64,000 bases of DNA from positions 15,562,001 through 15,626,000 of the forward strand of contig OZ231126.1 in assembly GCA_965153355.1 (NCBI GenBank), written 5' to 3'. Under the pieces are notes generated by a model, which had not been told where the DNA came from, ran no database searches, and was given only the letters and a program-made list of their open reading frames with translations. How positions within the stretch are numbered: position 1 is the first letter of the stretch; each line of letters starts with the position of its first letter. Source of the DNA: Flaccisagitta enflata (Eukaryota). Below, piece after piece: positions 62,149 to 64,000 of the stretch. The position numbers were made by a program, and so were the translations under genes.

Positions 62149-62268
62149 GTAACTCTATAAGAGCCTTTGTCCGTCCGTCCGTCAGCACGAGTCGAAAAGT
62201 GTGAAAACGCGCATTTCCGCCCCTGCACACCCGTCCGCAACTGGTATGACCGCGTATCCGGCCTTGTT
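62149..62268 (+). mobile_element. HINE-like element in the probable hh 3' UTR
   Basis: AACTCTATAAGAGCCTTTGTCCGTCC...CCGTCCGCAACT...GTATCCGGCCTTGTT, close to the copies at 37254 and 49912. Confidence 0.8.
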
Positions 62269-62708
62269 CTCTCAAGATACCATTTTAGGTTGCTTCCGGG
62301 AACCCGCGGGCGGGAATTACGTATTATGTCCTAAATCATGTCACACTGATGTCTCACTGTTTTACGATTATCAAAGTGATTTAGATGAAAGTGCTGATTG
62401 AATATTTTTTCTTAAGCATTATCAAGGTGTTCATGCAGTTGCATGCATGCCCTTTTTATATCATTCTATGCCTGAAACTTTATAGGAAACTGTGTTATAA
62501 AAGCGTGACAGATTATGAACAGAATTCGTACTTTATGGTCCGCGAATTCCCAAAAAGCAGCCTTTATTATCCCCTATTTTTTTCTACATATAATTTTGTA
62601 TTGCCGTTTCTCTCTCGAGCTCATTTTCCTCTTCCTTAACTACTACATACAAATGTTTCATTTGCCTCTTTCCTTTCCTATAAATCGCGCGAGGAAAGAG
62701 AGCGAATT

Positions 62709-62824
<116 letters not shown>

Positions 62825-63122
62825 CGTTACAATGAATGAACTCATGTGGTTATAACTCCTCTTTCATTAAAGGGGGTACGTTATGATTATTTCTAGAAAC
62901 GAATATTTTTCCGTCTCTTTTTATCTACCAAAGACGTTATTTTTCGCTTATTTCGAACCAAGTCTTAAAAAGAGCTAAACCACGGTGAACGGTGGCAGAT
63001 CAATGGGAATCTTGAACTGATGATTGTCGTTGTATCATGAATTGTGTAATTATTTATACTGCTGTTTTAAGCATTTTAATCATGTATACCTACGAGAATG
63101 AATCTTTATTTATCAATCATAG

Positions 63123-63128
63123 AATAAA
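63123..63128 (+). promoter_or_regulatory. Candidate polyadenylation signal (alternatives ATTAAA 62866, AATAAA 63270)
   Basis: AATAAA lies about 1.1 kb after the hh stop. This is a motif match only, in AT-rich sequence. Confidence 0.25.
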
Positions 63129-63344
63129 GAAAGCATGCCGATTAGACGCGTTTATTGAGAAAAAAAAATATATGTTTTGTTACAAATGTATGAAAAAAAA
63201 TACTGCTCAAAAATGCCGAAACATCTCTCTTTCTCTCTAAAACGGAGATACTTGAAGAAATGAGCTAAGAATAAAAAAAGTGGAAGCGTGAGGTTAGAAC
63301 CTAAAAGCTGGAATTCCGAGAAGAAAGCGGGAAAATAATCAGAG

Positions 63345-63488
<144 letters not shown>

Positions 63489-64000
63489 GGGATTTGTAAA
63501 AGCGGAGAGGCAGACGGAATGAGACGTTGTGTTTCAAGAAGGAAAAAAACAAAACCTGCAATTCAATTTTAAAGACAACATGTGTAAAATAGATCCTCGC
63601 AAGTACGAGGTTGTATCAGAGAAACCACTGCACTGGTTTGATTATCATCAATGTACTACGTACTACCAAAGAAAACCGTTTTCATGACTTGTGATTATTT
63701 TGAAACGAATTTTTACCCGTGCCATATTGTGAAAAGGTTGAGAGTAGAATGTCCATCATTGACGGATTTTACTTTTCCGCATCAAAAGGGATGAATTGTT
63801 TGAATTTCGATTTACTTGTTATAATGTACTTTATAGTGAAAATGATACCTTTTTGCCTCAGTTACAAATTCTTACATTTCTTCAGCGACTTAAATATTGT
63901 GTATTCTTTTTCTCTACTTAAAGATTGAAGAGAAACTTTATTTTCTTTGCTGCGCATTTATGCAAATCAATTTCATTCCCTCTATAAATTTACTTTATTT

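Overview
This is eukaryotic (invertebrate-like), extremely microsatellite-rich genomic DNA containing one complete three-exon hedgehog gene on the + strand. The CDS joins 8834..9985, 33616..33877 and 61319..62046, giving 713 aa: a 307-aa low-complexity leader ending in an internal signal sequence, a 174-aa Hh-N domain starting CGPGRG, and a GG|CF Hint/SRR domain. The main unexpected structure is a large intragenic inverted duplication. About 13 kb (24609..37641, spanning distal intron 1, exon 2 and proximal intron 2) is repeated in reverse at 39041..54779. The inverted copy lies between two direct copies of a ~0.5-kb block and carries an antisense exon 2 with intact splice sites but a 2-bp frameshift deletion. 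If real, the pre-mRNA could fold into a very long hairpin over exon 2, and recombination between the arms could swap the intact exon for the broken one. A haplotype or assembly artefact is not excluded. Comparing the arms reveals filled and empty sites for several non-autonomous transposons: DINE-1/Helentron-like elements, a Tc1/mariner-like MITE and a foldback/MULE-like element. Almost all other ORFs in the track are simple-repeat artefacts. All alignments were done by eye and no searches were run.
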